Below, in pieces: positions 19,396 through 30,967 of a stretch of 64,000 nucleotides of DNA. The position numbers and the translations under genes are program-made. The notes under the pieces are model-generated. The model was not told the origin of the DNA and searched no databases. It was given only the letters and a program-made list of their open reading frames with translations. Source of the DNA: Acidimicrobiia bacterium (lineage in GTDB: Bacteria > Actinomycetota > Acidimicrobiia > Spongiisociales > ZC4RG35); assembly GCA_965203555.1 (NCBI GenBank), contig CBDBCY010000004.1, forward strand, positions 3,076,936-3,140,935. The letters run 5' to 3'. The number at the start of each line of letters is the position of its first letter. Position 1 is the first letter of the stretch.

Positions 19396-21955
19396 GTGGC
19401 TACACGGACCCCTACCCGTCGTAAGGCAAGCGGGCGGCGGCGGGAGTCCCCACAGAAGACCAAGCAGCCGGTCAACGGGAAATCGGCCCCCAAACGATCG
19501 GCGAAATCCACCAAGTCGGAGGCGCCTTGGCGCTATCGGCTGTGGTTGGCCGTGCAGTCTCGCATGGGCAACCTGTCATCCGAAGTGTGGGGTGGCGCGT
19601 TGCTGCTGCTCTCGCTGTTTTCCACCCTGTTCCTGGTAGGTACGGGGGGGCAGGTCGGAGAGGTGGTAAGGTCCGCCTTCTCCTATGTGCTGGGTCAATG
19701 GACGCCCTTGGGCCCGCTCGCCTTGCTGGGCATGGGTCTGGTGCTGGTACTGGGGAAACCCGCCTTGACCAAGCGGAGGCTGTTCTCCAGTGTGTTGTTG
19801 TTCTTCGTGTCGACTCTGGGACTGTTTCACCTTTTGACCGGCGCTCAGCCTCTTGCCAGCGGTGCAGAGGTCGTGAGCGAACGTGGCGGGGCGCTGGGTG
19901 CTCTGACTGCCTTTCCCCTCCATCGGGCAATGGGCGCCGCTCCCACTTTCACACTCCTGGTCCTGGGGGTTATGACCAGCGTTCTGTTGGTGACCAGGAC
20001 CTCCCTCAAAGATTTTTTGCTTGCCCTGGGGGATATGGTGAAGTGGGTCAAGGAGGTGTCTGATCGTCGGGCCAAGGCGTATGCGTTGCAGAACGGGGCG
20101 CTGCACGGTGCAGGCGCCAAGGTCCTTTCGGTACCGGCGTCCCGAAGACATGGTCGCCGGCGGCGCAGGACGGGCCGCCGGCCCTGGAGTTCCGGGGACG
20201 AAGGACCCTGGCCGATAGCCACGGTCATACAGGTCCCTGGCCCGGACTCCGAACCCGGACCGGCGCCGACGGTCGGCGAGGGTCCCCCCCGACGGCGAGG
20301 GTCCCCCCGACAGGATGGCGCCCGCCCCAGAGCCGGCCTTTTCGGAGGTGGCGGTCCACCACGAAGACCTCACGGTGGAGATGGAGAGTCTGGCCCCGGA
20401 GCGCCCTCGCCTCGAGTTGGTGGAGTCTCGCATTCCAAACGTTGCCGATACCTCCGTCCGCAGTAGCCCGACTGCGGTGGAAGCAGCGCCGCCCCGAGAG
20501 GAGGAGGACACTCCTGCCGCCCCCTACCGGCTTCCTCCTTTGGAACTGTTGAGCAGGGGTGGAAGAGTCAGGGACGACGACGAGAACCTGAAAGGAACTG
20601 CGGGAGCGCTGCGGCAGGCTCTGGCCGATCACGGGGTGGATGCCCGCATCACCGGGGTGGTCTCCGGTCCTTCAGTTACCAGGTTCGAGATAAAGCTGGC
20701 ACCGGGAGTGAAAGTGCAGAAGTTGTCGGCCCTGTCGAACGACATCGCTTACGCACTGGCCACCCCGGATGTACGGTTGCTGGTTCCCATCCCCGGTCGC
20801 TCGGCAATCGGGGTGGAAGTGCCCAATACCAAGCGGCAATTGGTGAAGCTGGGAGACATCCTGTCCAGCCGGGAATTGAAAGCCGACCGGCATCCGCTGG
20901 CGGTTGGCCTGGGTATGGACATCGGCGGCCGACCCTTCCTGCTCAACCTGGCGGAACTTCCTCACGTGTTGATCGCCGGCGCCACCGGCGCCGGCAAGTC
21001 GTCTTGCATCAACTCGATCATCACCTCCCTTCTGATCAGAACCCGGCCCGAGGATCTAAAATTGATCCTGGTGGATCCCAAGCGGGTCGAATTGGGGCAA
21101 TACGGGGGGGTGCCCCACCTTCTCACCCGGGTGATCACCGATCCCAAGAAGGCTGCCGAAGCTCTCAAGTGGGTTGTGGCCGAGATGGACCGGCGCTACG
21201 ACCTGTTGGCGGAGGTCGGCGTAAGGGACATCGGAGGATATGCCGACAAGTGGGAGAAGGGTCTGCTGGACGGATCCAAGTTTGATCGCTTCCCGTATCT
21301 GGTGGTGGTGGTGGATGAACTCAACGACCTGATGATGGTGTCCGGTCGGGAGGTGGAGATGGCCATCGTTCGTATCGCCCAAATGGCACGGGCGGTCGGC
21401 ATCCATCTGGTCCTGGCGACTCAGCGTCCCTCGGTAAACGTGATAACGGGAGTGATCAAGGCCAACGTTCCCTCGCGGCTGGCGTTCAGCGTGGCGTCCC
21501 AGACCGACAGCCGGGTCATAATCGATTCGGTGGGGGCGGAGAAGCTGGTGGGTCGGGGGGACATGCTGGTGGTGACCGCCCGGCAGCCTCGGCCGCAGAG
21601 GGTACAGGGCGCCTGGGTGGAGGAATCGGAGATCGCCCGGGTGGTGGCCTGGATCAATGGGCAGAGCAAACCGGACGAACGACTCGACAGGTCGCTCGAC
21701 CAGGCCCTGACTGCGCCGGCATCCCACCCCGATCCTGGGGATGATGAAGACGAAGACCTGTTGAGACGGGCCACGGAGTTGGTGGTTCGCTCCCAGCTCG
21801 GCTCGACCTCGATGCTCCAGAGAAAGCTTCGGGTGGGGTTTGCCAGGGCGGGCCGTCTGATGGACATCCTGGAGCGGCGTGGAGTTGTGGGACCCTCGCA
21901 GGGTTCCAAGGCCAGGGAAGTCCTGATCACACCTGAGGAGTTGGGACTCGGCTGA
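19396..21955 (+). CDS. ftsK: DNA translocase FtsK, split by one extra C in a C7 run at 20284-20290
   Basis: N-terminal 4TM domain, then motor HVLIAGATGAGKS, VDPKRVEL, VVDELNDLMM, ATQRPS, gamma domain SMLQRKLRVGFARAGR. Confidence 0.93.
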
Positions 21956-22148
21956 ACGATCCGAACCCTCGGGATCTGCGACCTTCCCCGGGTTTTTCGC
22001 TAGCGAGTATGCTTCGCTAATGTAAAAGATATTGGCGCATTCCAAACCAGGGCCGGCGGTTTTGGCGGTCCGGTAGTAGGTGGGTTTATAATGCCAGCCA
22101 CATCGTGAAATCCAAAGGGTAAAGGACAGGCAAGGTAAGGAGAAGCAC

Positions 22149-23261
22149 ATGGAACGCAGAGAATTCCTAAAACTCTCGGCTATGGGCGCGCTGGGGGCAG
22201 CCGCAATGGCGGCTTGCGCCACCGGCGACGAAGACTTGGACGAGGCTCTTCAGGACGAGTCCCTCCCCACTCTTGAATGGGAGATCGCAACCAGTTGGCC
22301 GACGGCGTTGGACACTATCTTCGGCGGCGCTCAGACCTTTGCTGCAAGGGTCACGGCGATGACCGGCGGCAAGTTCTCGGTCGTTGCCCGGGCGGCCGGT
22401 GAACTGGCGCCCGGGTTGGAGATTCTCCAATCCGTGCAGTCCAAGGGTGTCCAGATGGGTCACACCGCCTCTTATTACTACGTGGGGCTGGACCCGATCA
22501 CTGCCTTCGGGACCGCTTTGCCCTTCGGGTTGACCCAGCGTCAGCAGAACGGGTGGCTGTACCGCGGCGGCGGAATGGAACTGTTGCAAGAGGGATATGC
22601 CGAGCGGTTCAATGTAATCCAGTTCCCCGCCGGCAACACCGGGGTGCAGATGGGTGGCTGGTTCAACCGCGAGATCAGGTCGCTGTCGGACCTCGAGGGT
22701 CTGAAGATGAGGATCCCCGGGCTGGGTGGCCAGGTGATGGAACGCTTGGGGGTTACCGTCCAGGTGCTGCCCGGAGGCGAGATCTTCCAGGCCCTGCAGA
22801 CCGGCGCCATCGATGCCACCGAATGGGTGGGTCCCTACGACGACCAGAAGCTCGACTTCCAGTCGGTCACCCAGTACTACTACTTCCCGGGATGGTGGGA
22901 GCCGGGTCCGTCGCTCGAGGTGCAGATCCATCTCGACGAGTGGAATGCTCTTCCCGAGGAGTACCAGCAGGTGATCCAGTCGGCGGCCGTGCATGCCAAT
23001 GCTGACATGATGGCGGATTACGACGCCAAGAACCCTCCGGCTCTTCAGAACCTGCTGCAGTCGGACATCATCCTGCAGCCCTTCCCCGATGACGTCATGG
23101 AGGCGGCGGAGGAGACGGCGTTCGAGTTGTTCGACGAGTTCGCTGCGGCTGATACGTTGTTCAGCGATATCCTCGATCACTGGAAGGGTTACCGCTCCGG
23201 GATCCGCCAATGGCACAATCTCGCCGAGCGCTCCTACCTCCAGTACGAGTCCCGGTTCTAA
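22149..23261 (+). CDS. TRAP transporter substrate-binding protein (DctP, TakP-like), Tat lipoprotein
   Basis: ERREFLK Tat motif plus lipobox; GNTGVQMGGWF, KMRIPGLGG, DATEWVGPYDD, PGWWEP. Confidence 0.93.
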   Translation: MERREFLKLSAMGALGAAAMAACATGDEDLDEALQDESLPTLEWEIATSWPTALDTIFGGAQTFAARVTAMTGGKFSVVARAAGELAPGLEILQSVQSKGVQMGHTASYYYVGLDPITAFGTALPFGLTQRQQNGWLYRGGGMELLQEGYAERFNVIQFPAGNTGVQMGGWFNREIRSLSDLEGLKMRIPGLGGQVMERLGVTVQVLPGGEIFQALQTGAIDATEWVGPYDDQKLDFQSVTQYYYFPGWWEPGPSLEVQIHLDEWNALPEEYQQVIQSAAVHANADMMADYDAKNPPALQNLLQSDIILQPFPDDVMEAAEETAFELFDEFAAADTLFSDILDHWKGYRSGIRQWHNLAERSYLQYESRF

Positions 23262-23284
23262 GAAGAAACCAACAACAACTGTCG

Positions 23285-23320
23285 AGAAGCTCCGGGCCTC
23301 AAGCCCGGAGCTTCTTTTTT
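23285..23320 (+). terminator. Intrinsic terminator after dctP
   Basis: 13-bp stem AGAAGCTCCGGGC / GCCCGGAGCTTCT, 5-nt loop, followed by a T run. Confidence 0.9.
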
Positions 23321-23525
23321 GGCCGGTCCCGGTACAGGGATTCGATTTCGTTTTAGGAGGGGATCTGCTTGGTGATTTGCCTGGACCCGGGCATGTGACG
23401 CCGGCGGTTTGCCTTGCTGTATTCCCCATCCCCGTTCCAATCGAAAGAGGCGTTTTCGAATCCGAAGAGCTGTGCGCGTGTTGGAAGGAGTTGTTCGGTT
23501 CCTGGGCAGGTGGTTGCGATGTGGC

Positions 23526-24884
23526 TCAGGCCAACTGGGAGAGTCCCATCGCCTGCACCAGCCAGGTGACGGTGGCGGGGAAGACGGCGACCAGCACCAG
23601 ACCCAGGCCCTGCAGGGCCATGAAGGGAAGGGCGCCCTTGTGGATGTCGGCGGTCTTGACCTCCGGGGGGGCCACCGATTGCAGGTAGAACAGGGAAAAC
23701 CCCACCGGTGGCGAGATGAATGCCATGTTGAGGTTGATCGCCATCATGATTGCGAACCAGACCAGTTCCGGCCCGCCCAGTCCCAACGCAAGGGCGGCCG
23801 GGACGAAGAGCGGCATGACGATAAAAGAGATCTCCAGGAATTCGAGGTTGATTCCCAGCAGGAAGACGACGATGTTGGCGACGATGACGAAAGTCCACTT
23901 CCCGCCGGGAAGTCCCACCAGCCAGCCCGTCACCAGGTTCTGTCCGCCCAACTGCTGGAAGATGAGAGCGAAGAAAGTGGATGCGAACAGGATCTGCAGC
24001 ACCAGGCCGGTGATGTTGGCGGTGGACCGGGACGCCTCCAGGATCATCTTCCAGGAGTAGTTGCGATACCCCACCGCCAGCAGGACCGAGCCGAGGGCGC
24101 CGACTGCTCCCGCTTCGGAGGCCGTCGCTATACCGAAGAAAATGGATCCCAGCACCGCGAAGATCAGCACGATGGGAGGGGCGATCGAGATGAGCGACTC
24201 TTTGGCGAGCGCCACTCCCTGCAGGGTGCGCTCCTCTTTGGGGATGGGAGGGGCTGCGTCGGGCTTGAAGAAAGCCAGCACCAATGTGTAGACGGCGTAG
24301 ATCACCGCCAGCATCACTCCCGGTATGAGCGCTCCTGCAAAGAGGGCGCCCACCGACACGGGAATAAACTGGGCCAGCACGATCAACACCAGGCTGGGAG
24401 GGATCAACTGGGCCAGGGTGCCCGACGAGATGATCACGCCGGTGGCCAGTTTGTGGTCGTAGCCGTATTTGACCATGACCGGGAGGGAGAGGATTCCCAT
24501 CACGATGACGGTGGCGGCCACCACTCCCGTGGCGGCGGCCAGCAGGGTGCCCACGAAAATAACCGCCACTCCCATCCCTCCCCGCAACGGTCCCATCAGC
24601 ATCCCGATGCTGGTGAGAAGCCGTTGGGCCAAGCCTGATTTTTCAAACACCGCTCCCATGAACACGAAGAACGGGATGGCCAGGAAAGTGAAGTTGGCGA
24701 CGGTGTCGGCGAACCATTTGTTGAACAGCAGGTTTATCGCCTCCGGACGGAGATCGCCGGTCAGCAGGCCGAGGGCGAAGAAGACGATGGCAGTGCCGGC
24801 AAAGGAAAATGCCACCGGGTACCCCACCAGCAACAGCGCCAGGAAGAGGACAAACATAATAATGGCGAGCCATTCACCGAGCAT
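23526..24884 (-). CDS. TRAP transporter large permease DctM
   Basis: [38 protein letters not shown]. Confidence 0.95.
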   Translation of the reverse strand: MLGEWLAIIMFVLFLALLLVGYPVAFSFAGTAIVFFALGLLTGDLRPEAINLLFNKWFADTVANFTFLAIPFFVFMGAVFEKSGLAQRLLTSIGMLMGPLRGGMGVAVIFVGTLLAAATGVVAATVIVMGILSLPVMVKYGYDHKLATGVIISSGTLAQLIPPSLVLIVLAQFIPVSVGALFAGALIPGVMLAVIYAVYTLVLAFFKPDAAPPIPKEERTLQGVALAKESLISIAPPIVLIFAVLGSIFFGIATASEAGAVGALGSVLLAVGYRNYSWKMILEASRSTANITGLVLQILFASTFFALIFQQLGGQNLVTGWLVGLPGGKWTFVIVANIVVFLLGINLEFLEISFIVMPLFVPAALALGLGGPELVWFAIMMAINLNMAFISPPVGFSLFYLQSVAPPEVKTADIHKGALPFMALQGLGLVLVAVFPATVTWLVQAMGLSQLA

Positions 24885-24940
24885 GTTCTTCTATTCCTTT
24901 CCTCGGCTGTCTTCGGTTCGATCCAACTTTGCCGGCGTGA

Positions 24941-25555
24941 TCACTCAAGCCGCAGGGGCGCCTCGACCTGCTCTCCGTATTCGACGTCCTCGGGGTGATC
25001 CCTGACGATCGCCCACAGTTTTACCAGTTCCGCGGCAGTTTGCATCAACAGAAGGGCGAAGGCCACCGGGATCATCGTCTTGATGGGCGCCCGGGGCAGG
25101 CCGCTCGGATCGGGTGACTGTTCATTCAACTGCCAGGAGGTTATGACCTGGGGAATGGAGAGCCACAACCCCAGGATGGCGAAGGGGAGAAGACCGAGGT
25201 GGTGTCCGATGAAGTCGATCCACGCCCTCTTCTTCTTGGGCTGTTCGGCAAACCAGAAGTCAACCCGCACATTTATCTGGTTTTTCAGCACATAGGCGAA
25301 TCCGAACAAAAAGATCAGCGAATACAGGTACCACTGTGCTTCGATCAAGCCATTGTTGGTCAGCCGAACGCCGACGAACTGGCCGGTGTATCGTAGGATG
25401 ACGTTCCCTACTCCCAGGACAAGCGTGGGTATCACCACCCACTTGGCGAACGTGCCGGTCTTTTCCGAAATCAGATCCGCCTTCCGCTGGTAGGCGAACA
25501 GCAGTTTCCAATGGAGACTGTGCTGTACCGACTCCTGGTTGTTCTCGGCTGCCAA
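24941..25555 (-). CDS. TRAP transporter small permease DctQ
   Basis: 4 TM; EAQWYLYS, VRVDFWF, EQSPDPSGLP. Confidence 0.9.
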   Translation of the reverse strand: MAAENNQESVQHSLHWKLLFAYQRKADLISEKTGTFAKWVVIPTLVLGVGNVILRYTGQFVGVRLTNNGLIEAQWYLYSLIFLFGFAYVLKNQINVRVDFWFAEQPKKKRAWIDFIGHHLGLLPFAILGLWLSIPQVITSWQLNEQSPDPSGLPRAPIKTMIPVAFALLLMQTAAELVKLWAIVRDHPEDVEYGEQVEAPLRLE

Positions 25556-25675
25556 GATTGGCTCCTTGGGCGGGTTTCCTCAGGGTACTTTAGTCCGTAC
25601 TCTTCTCCTGACGGCGGTTTTGGGCATCATATTTCACTGGAGTAAAAGGCAATTTCTCTTTATATTGGAGAGTGC

Positions 25676-26494
25676 GTGACGGGTACGGGCAGTATGGCTG
25701 CTATGGCCAAGGCACTCCTGCTTGCCTGGCTGGGTCTGGGTATGGCTTGGTCTTCTCTGCTTGCCCCACCGGATTTCAAGCCACCTTCCCTCCATATGGA
25801 GAGCCTGCCCGCACCCACCGGGCCGACGCCCGATCCCGACCCGGTGGTTTACCTGACCTTTGACGACGGTCCACACCCCGTGAACACCCCCCAGGTACTG
25901 GATCTGCTGGCCCAATACGACGTCAAGGCTACCTTTTTCGTGGTGGGGAGGATGGTCTACAACTTCCCCGACCTCGCCCGCCGGATCGCTGCCGAAGGGC
26001 ACTCTGTCCAACTCCACTCTTGGCGTCACGACAACCTCACCAAGTTCAGCCGCCCACAGTTCATGGCAGACACCGCCAAGACTCAGGCCGTTCTGGGGGA
26101 AACGCTCCACATAAGAGCCACCTGTCTGAGACCTCCCTACGGTGAGGTCGACTCAAGAGTCAGAGAGTGGGCGTCGGACCTCAACCTGGATGTCTCGCTG
26201 TGGGACGTGAGCGGGGCGGACTGGACCGAAATATCGGCGGAGGGAATCGCCCGCAGAGTGCTGACCTGGGTGAGGCCCGGATCGGTCGTGCTCCTGCACG
26301 ACGGGGGTGGGCCTCGCCATCGCACCGTCTCCGCCCTGGAGATGATCCTTGCCGAACTCACCGAGGCCGGCTACCGGTTCGAGACGATGTGCTCTACTCT
26401 GTATCTCCCCGAGCCGAGTCCTCCCTGCTGGGAGTACTACGCGTGGCCGGTACCCTGCGCCCGCTCCGAACCTTCCCAGGCCGAGGCCCGGTAG
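25676..26494 (+). CDS. Secreted polysaccharide deacetylase (CE4/NodB)
   Basis: LTFDDGP, HSWRH, RPPYG, DW, LLHDGGG. Confidence 0.93.
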   Translation: MTGTGSMAAMAKALLLAWLGLGMAWSSLLAPPDFKPPSLHMESLPAPTGPTPDPDPVVYLTFDDGPHPVNTPQVLDLLAQYDVKATFFVVGRMVYNFPDLARRIAAEGHSVQLHSWRHDNLTKFSRPQFMADTAKTQAVLGETLHIRATCLRPPYGEVDSRVREWASDLNLDVSLWDVSGADWTEISAEGIARRVLTWVRPGSVVLLHDGGGPRHRTVSALEMILAELTEAGYRFETMCSTLYLPEPSPPCWEYYAWPVPCARSEPSQAEAR

Positions 26495-29400
26495 CGGCCG
26501 GGGTTGGGTGGAAATGCCAGGCCCCTGGGGCTGGTGACGAATCCCCGTTGCGCCAGGGGTCCGGCGAGGGGGTGGTCGGAGGCCGGCGTTTCATCGATGC
26601 GATCTATGCGAAACCGGCTCCTCCGGTCGGCGAGGTCGGCGAGTCCCTCCGCCAAGTCTTCCGGACGGCAATCGCCCTCGTCGAAGATGGTCAGGCGGCG
26701 GTGATCCAGAAAGGCGGCCAACCTCCCGTTCCACAGCGCAACATGACACCCCGCCGCCCGGGCAAGTCGGACCTGCGCGGCCCTGGGCCACGGAAGGGCG
26801 GCCCCGTACGGGTTGGCCGGATCGCAGGCGCCCAGGATCACCAGCCCGGGATCGGATTCTTCTCTGAGGCGGTCGACCGCTCCCGGCAATGCGAACTGGG
26901 CGCCTCCCAAACCTTCTATGAAGTAGCCGCGCCGGGTCTTGCCCGTCTCCTCCATGCGGGCCAGCACCGGGTAGATGGCGGTGAATCCCCCGGGTATGCC
27001 TTCGTGGGCCACCACCGAGCGGGTCACGATGCCGTAGCGGTCCAACAGTTGGGCGCCCCGGGAAGCGTACTGCTCGGTGGGGGATATCGGGCTTTCCTCC
27101 TCATGTGAAACCAGTGACCATCGACCGGCGGTGTCGGGCGGGAACACCACGTTCCTGCCTCGTCCCCGCCGGCGGCGCCGGACGCGCATGTGTGCCCGGA
27201 GGGGATGGAGGCTGTCGTTGGTGATTAGTCCTGCCCATACCAGGTCCCACAGCGCGTCGATCACTTCCTCAAGATCCTCTCCTCCGGCGGCGCGGTGGAT
27301 GTCGGCGAAAAAGGAGGCCCCCCGCCGTTCCAGGTGATTCCGGATGGCTCGATGGGCCGGCAGATCCGGAATGTCGGTCTCCGGACCGGGATCCAACCGG
27401 GAGAACCGGTCCCGAAGGTACAGGGCCACTTTCCCGTCACGCCGGTTCAGGGCGCCCTTTCCCACCCAGATCACACGACCCTCGGCCAGGAGTTGGTCGA
27501 GTCTGGGGGAGGGTCTTGGGTGGCGGATGGCCAGAACGTCGCTTTCCAGCATGGAGGCAGGGATGGGATAGCCCTGAATCTGTGAGATGGTCTCCACCAG
27601 CGAGCCCACCCCGGGGGAAGGTTTATCCTCTATCCGGTGCCAGGCGACCAGCATCCTGGCCAGCGCAGTGGAATCGACCGGCTCCACCTGGCGACGGAGG
27701 GTGGCCAGGGAGCGGCGTTTGAGACGACGAAGCACCTCCGTGTCCACCCATTCGGGTGCACTCCCCGCCCGAAAGGTCCCCTTTACCACTCTCTCTTCCC
27801 GCGCCAGGCGTGACAGCACCTCCTCCACCACGGAGGTGGGTAGTCCCAGGGCGGAGGCGGCCTGGGACGCCGGGAACGGGGCGTGGGTGCGGGCGTATCG
27901 TCCCACCACGTCTCCCAGCGGGTCCTCCACCGGCTCGGAAAAGACCGCCGGGACTCCCGGCGGGAGTTGGCATCCCAGTGCGTCCCGCAGGCGGGCTGCG
28001 TCCTCCACCGCCGCCCAGGCCGGCAGGCCTCCTACCCGGACTTCGATGACCCGCCGGGCGTTCTTCAGATCGCGCAGACAGGTGCGGGGATCAGCTGCGC
28101 GCAACTCCAGGTCCAGCAGCGTCAGGGGACCGAGGTTTCGCAGCAGATCATGGACCCCGTCCGCTCCTCGCGCCTGTCGGCGGGCGGTCAGGTATTGCAA
28201 CTCCAACTCCACGGAGGCGGCTACTTCCGCAGAGATGAGTTCTCCGATCTCTCCTTCTCCCAGCAACTGGGAGAGAAGCCGGCGATCCAGGGTGATGGCC
28301 ATGGCTTTTCGTTCGGCGGCGGGACCGTCGGTCTCGTACAGGAATCCGGCTAAGAATGCCTGCATAAGCGAAGAGGCGAAGGGGGAGGGATGCACCAGAT
28401 CGACTTCCACCATGCGCAGTTTCCGGCTACGAAGGTCGGCCAGCAGCGTTCGAAGGTACGGAAGGTCGAAGTCGTCTTGTAGCACTTCCCGGTAGGTCTC
28501 CAGGATGATGGGGAAGGAGTCGAAACGGCGAGCCACCGACAACAGGTCGGCAGAGCGGCGTCTCTGCAGCCATAACGGCGTGCGATGTCCGGGGCGCCGG
28601 CGAGGGAGAAGAAGCGCCCTCCCGGCCGCTTCCCGGAAACGGGAAGCGAAAAGGGCGGTGCCCGACAGGTGCTTCATCAACAGATCGGATACTTGGTCGG
28701 GGCTGAGCAGGATGTCGTGGGCGGAGGGTGGTTGGTCGGCGTCGGGGAAGCGGAAGATTATCCCGTCGTCCGACCAGGCGGCGTCGATCCCCGTTCCCTT
28801 ACGGGAGCGCAGATGGTCCATTACCGCCATAGCCCAGGGTGCATGCACCCGCGCTCCCAGCGGAGAAAGCACCACCAACCTCCAGTCTCCGATCTCGTCC
28901 CGGAAACGCTCCACCACCAGGGTTCGGTCGTCGGGCGCCATGCTTCCCGAGGATCGCTGTTCCTTCAGGTAGGCGACCAGGTTCTGCGCAGCCCATTCAT
29001 CCAATCCCTCGCGGTCGACCAGCAGACGGGCTGCGTCTTGAGGGGCCATGGCGGCCATTTCTCGCAGGAACCGGCCGATGGCCAGTCCGGTATCCGCCGA
29101 GCGCCCGATGGTGTCTCCCCTCCAAAAGGGCATCTGCGCCGGCACTCCCGGTGCCGGAAGCACTTCGATCCGATCGTGGGTGATCTCGTTGATCCGCCAC
29201 GAAGAGGCGCCCAGCAGGAAGACGTCACCGGGTCGGGACTCGTAGACCATTTCCTCGTCCAGTTCCCCGACGCGGCTTCCGTCGGGGAGCTGGACCCGGT
29301 AGAGCCCCCGATCGGGGATCACTCCCGCGTTGGTAACAGCCAGTTGTCTGGCGCCTGACCGGGCGGTGACAGTGTCTTCGACCCTGTCCCACACCACCCT

Positions 29401-30855
29401 GGGCCGCAGTTCGGCGAACAAATCCGACGGATAGCGTCCGGCCAGCATGTCCAGGGTGGCGATGAACACGTCCCGGGGAAGATCGGCAAAAGGCGCCGCC
29501 CGCCGCAGCATCAGATAAAGTTCGTCAACAGTCCGCCCGGCGGTGACCACCGCCGCCACTATCTGCTGAGCAGCCACGTCGATCGGATTACGGGGGATCA
29601 CGGTGTTTTCCACCTCCCCGGCCCGCATTCTCTGCGCAACCACGGTGGAGGTGAGGAGATCGCCGCGGTACTTGGGAAACAGTTTGGCGCGACTGGTTCC
29701 GCCCACCTGATGGCCGGATCTTCCCACCCGCTGGAGACCGGACGCCACCCCGGGAGGCGACTCGATCTGCACGACCAGATCCACCGCCCCCATGTCAATG
29801 CCCAACTCCAGGGAAGAAGTGGCGACCACCGCCCGCAGCTCACCGCTTTTGAGGCCGTCCTCGATTTCCAACCGGCGGTGGCGGGCCACCGATCCGTGGT
29901 GAGCGCGGGCGATCTCGGCGTCAGCCAGGTTGTTAAGTTCGGCGCACACCCGTTCCGCCAGCCGCCGGCTGTTGGTGAATACGATGGTGGAATTGTGCCG
30001 TTTCACCAACTCCAGCAGTCGCTGGTAAATGGACGGCCAGATGGATCTGGCCTGGGTCTCGCCGTCGGTGTCCATCTCGGGACGGGTCATGTCCTGGCTG
30101 GGGACCACCAGTTCCAGATCGAGGGCACGGGGTTGAGCGGCATCGATGATGGTAACCGGGCGGGGTTCCCACGATGCGTCCGGATGGGTAACTTTGCCCC
30201 CACCCAGGAATCGGGCGATGGTCTCCAGGGGACGCTGAGTGGCGGACAGGCCGATCCGCTGAGGCGAGATGGACGCCATCTCTTCCAGCCGCTCCAGTGA
30301 TATGGCGAGGTGGGCGCCCCGCTTGTTGCCCGCCACCGCGTGCACTTCATCGACAATCACCCACTGCACGGACGTGAGCCGTTGCCGGGCGGCGGAGGTG
30401 AGCATCAGGTACAGTGACTCCGGGGTGGTTATAAGGATGTCGGGTGGTCTGCGAATCATCTTCTGCCGGTCTGAGGCCGTAGTGTCACCGGTGCGCATGA
30501 AAGTGGTGAGGGTGGGCAGAGGTTCCAATCCCAGCCGCAGAGCAGTGTGGCGGATCCCGGCCAGCGGCGCCCGGAGGTTGCGCTCGATGTCGTAGGCCAG
30601 GGCTTTCAGAGGTGAGACGTAGAGCAGTCGACAGCGTTGAGCGGTGGGCGGGAGTGGTTGGTGGCAGAGTCGGTCGAGTGTCCACAGGAAAGCAGCCAGG
30701 GTCTTGCCGGACCCGGTGGGGGCCTGGATCAAGGTGTGCTGACCGGAGGCTATGGCGGGCCAACCTTGGGTCTGTGCAGGCGTGGGCGCTTCGAAAGACG
30801 CCTCGAACCAGGCTCGAGTGGCGGAGGTGAACTGCTGCAGGACCGCATTTTCCAT
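26437..30855 (-). CDS. lhr: Lhr ATP-dependent helicase (long form)
   Basis: APTGSGKT, DEVH, GLSAT, AHHGS, LELGIDMG, QRVGRSGH; C-terminal RGYFIEGLGGAQFA and DPANPYGAALPWP. Confidence 0.95.
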   Translation of the reverse strand: MENAVLQQFTSATRAWFEASFEAPTPAQTQGWPAIASGQHTLIQAPTGSGKTLAAFLWTLDRLCHQPLPPTAQRCRLLYVSPLKALAYDIERNLRAPLAGIRHTALRLGLEPLPTLTTFMRTGDTTASDRQKMIRRPPDILITTPESLYLMLTSAARQRLTSVQWVIVDEVHAVAGNKRGAHLAISLERLEEMASISPQRIGLSATQRPLETIARFLGGGKVTHPDASWEPRPVTIIDAAQPRALDLELVVPSQDMTRPEMDTDGETQARSIWPSIYQRLLELVKRHNSTIVFTNSRRLAERVCAELNNLADAEIARAHHGSVARHRRLEIEDGLKSGELRAVVATSSLELGIDMGAVDLVVQIESPPGVASGLQRVGRSGHQVGGTSRAKLFPKYRGDLLTSTVVAQRMRAGEVENTVIPRNPIDVAAQQIVAAVVTAGRTVDELYLMLRRAAPFADLPRDVFIATLDMLAGRYPSDLFAELRPRVVWDRVEDTVTARSGARQLAVTNAGVIPDRGLYRVQLPDGSRVGELDEEMVYESRPGDVFLLGASSWRINEITHDRIEVLPAPGVPAQMPFWRGDTIGRSADTGLAIGRFLREMAAMAPQDAARLLVDREGLDEWAAQNLVAYLKEQRSSGSMAPDDRTLVVERFRDEIGDWRLVVLSPLGARVHAPWAMAVMDHLRSRKGTGIDAAWSDDGIIFRFPDADQPPSAHDILLSPDQVSDLLMKHLSGTALFASRFREAAGRALLLPRRRPGHRTPLWLQRRRSADLLSVARRFDSFPIILETYREVLQDDFDLPYLRTLLADLRSRKLRMVEVDLVHPSPFASSLMQAFLAGFLYETDGPAAERKAMAITLDRRLLSQLLGEGEIGELISAEVAASVELELQYLTARRQARGADGVHDLLRNLGPLTLLDLELRAADPRTCLRDLKNARRVIEVRVGGLPAWAAVEDAARLRDALGCQLPPGVPAVFSEPVEDPLGDVVGRYARTHAPFPASQAASALGLPTSVVEEVLSRLAREERVVKGTFRAGSAPEWVDTEVLRRLKRRSLATLRRQVEPVDSTALARMLVAWHRIEDKPSPGVGSLVETISQIQGYPIPASMLESDVLAIRHPRPSPRLDQLLAEGRVIWVGKGALNRRDGKVALYLRDRFSRLDPGPETDIPDLPAHRAIRNHLERRGASFFADIHRAAGGEDLEEVIDALWDLVWAGLITNDSLHPLRAHMRVRRRRRGRGRNVVFPPDTAGRWSLVSHEEESPISPTEQYASRGAQLLDRYGIVTRSVVAHEGIPGGFTAIYPVLARMEETGKTRRGYFIEGLGGAQFALPGAVDRLREESDPGLVILGACDPANPYGAALPWPRAAQVRLARAAGCHVALWNGRLAAFLDHRRLTIFDEGDCRPEDLAEGLADLADRRSRFRIDRIDETPASDHPLAGPLAQRGFVTSPRGLAFPPNPGRYRASAWEGSERAQGTGHA

Positions 30856-30967
30856 GGTCAAGGGTGAGGGTAGAGCCCCTTGGTGACAAATGCCGCCCGA
30901 GGAGGGCCACGGCAACCTTGGTCGGGTTGGCTGGCAGTGGACGGCCCGGCGGTGCCGGGGGACCGGG

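Noticed and set aside
22149-25555. Convergent arrangement of dctP and dctQM as unusual
   Set aside because: Split orientation of TRAP genes is not rare; all three components look ordinary.
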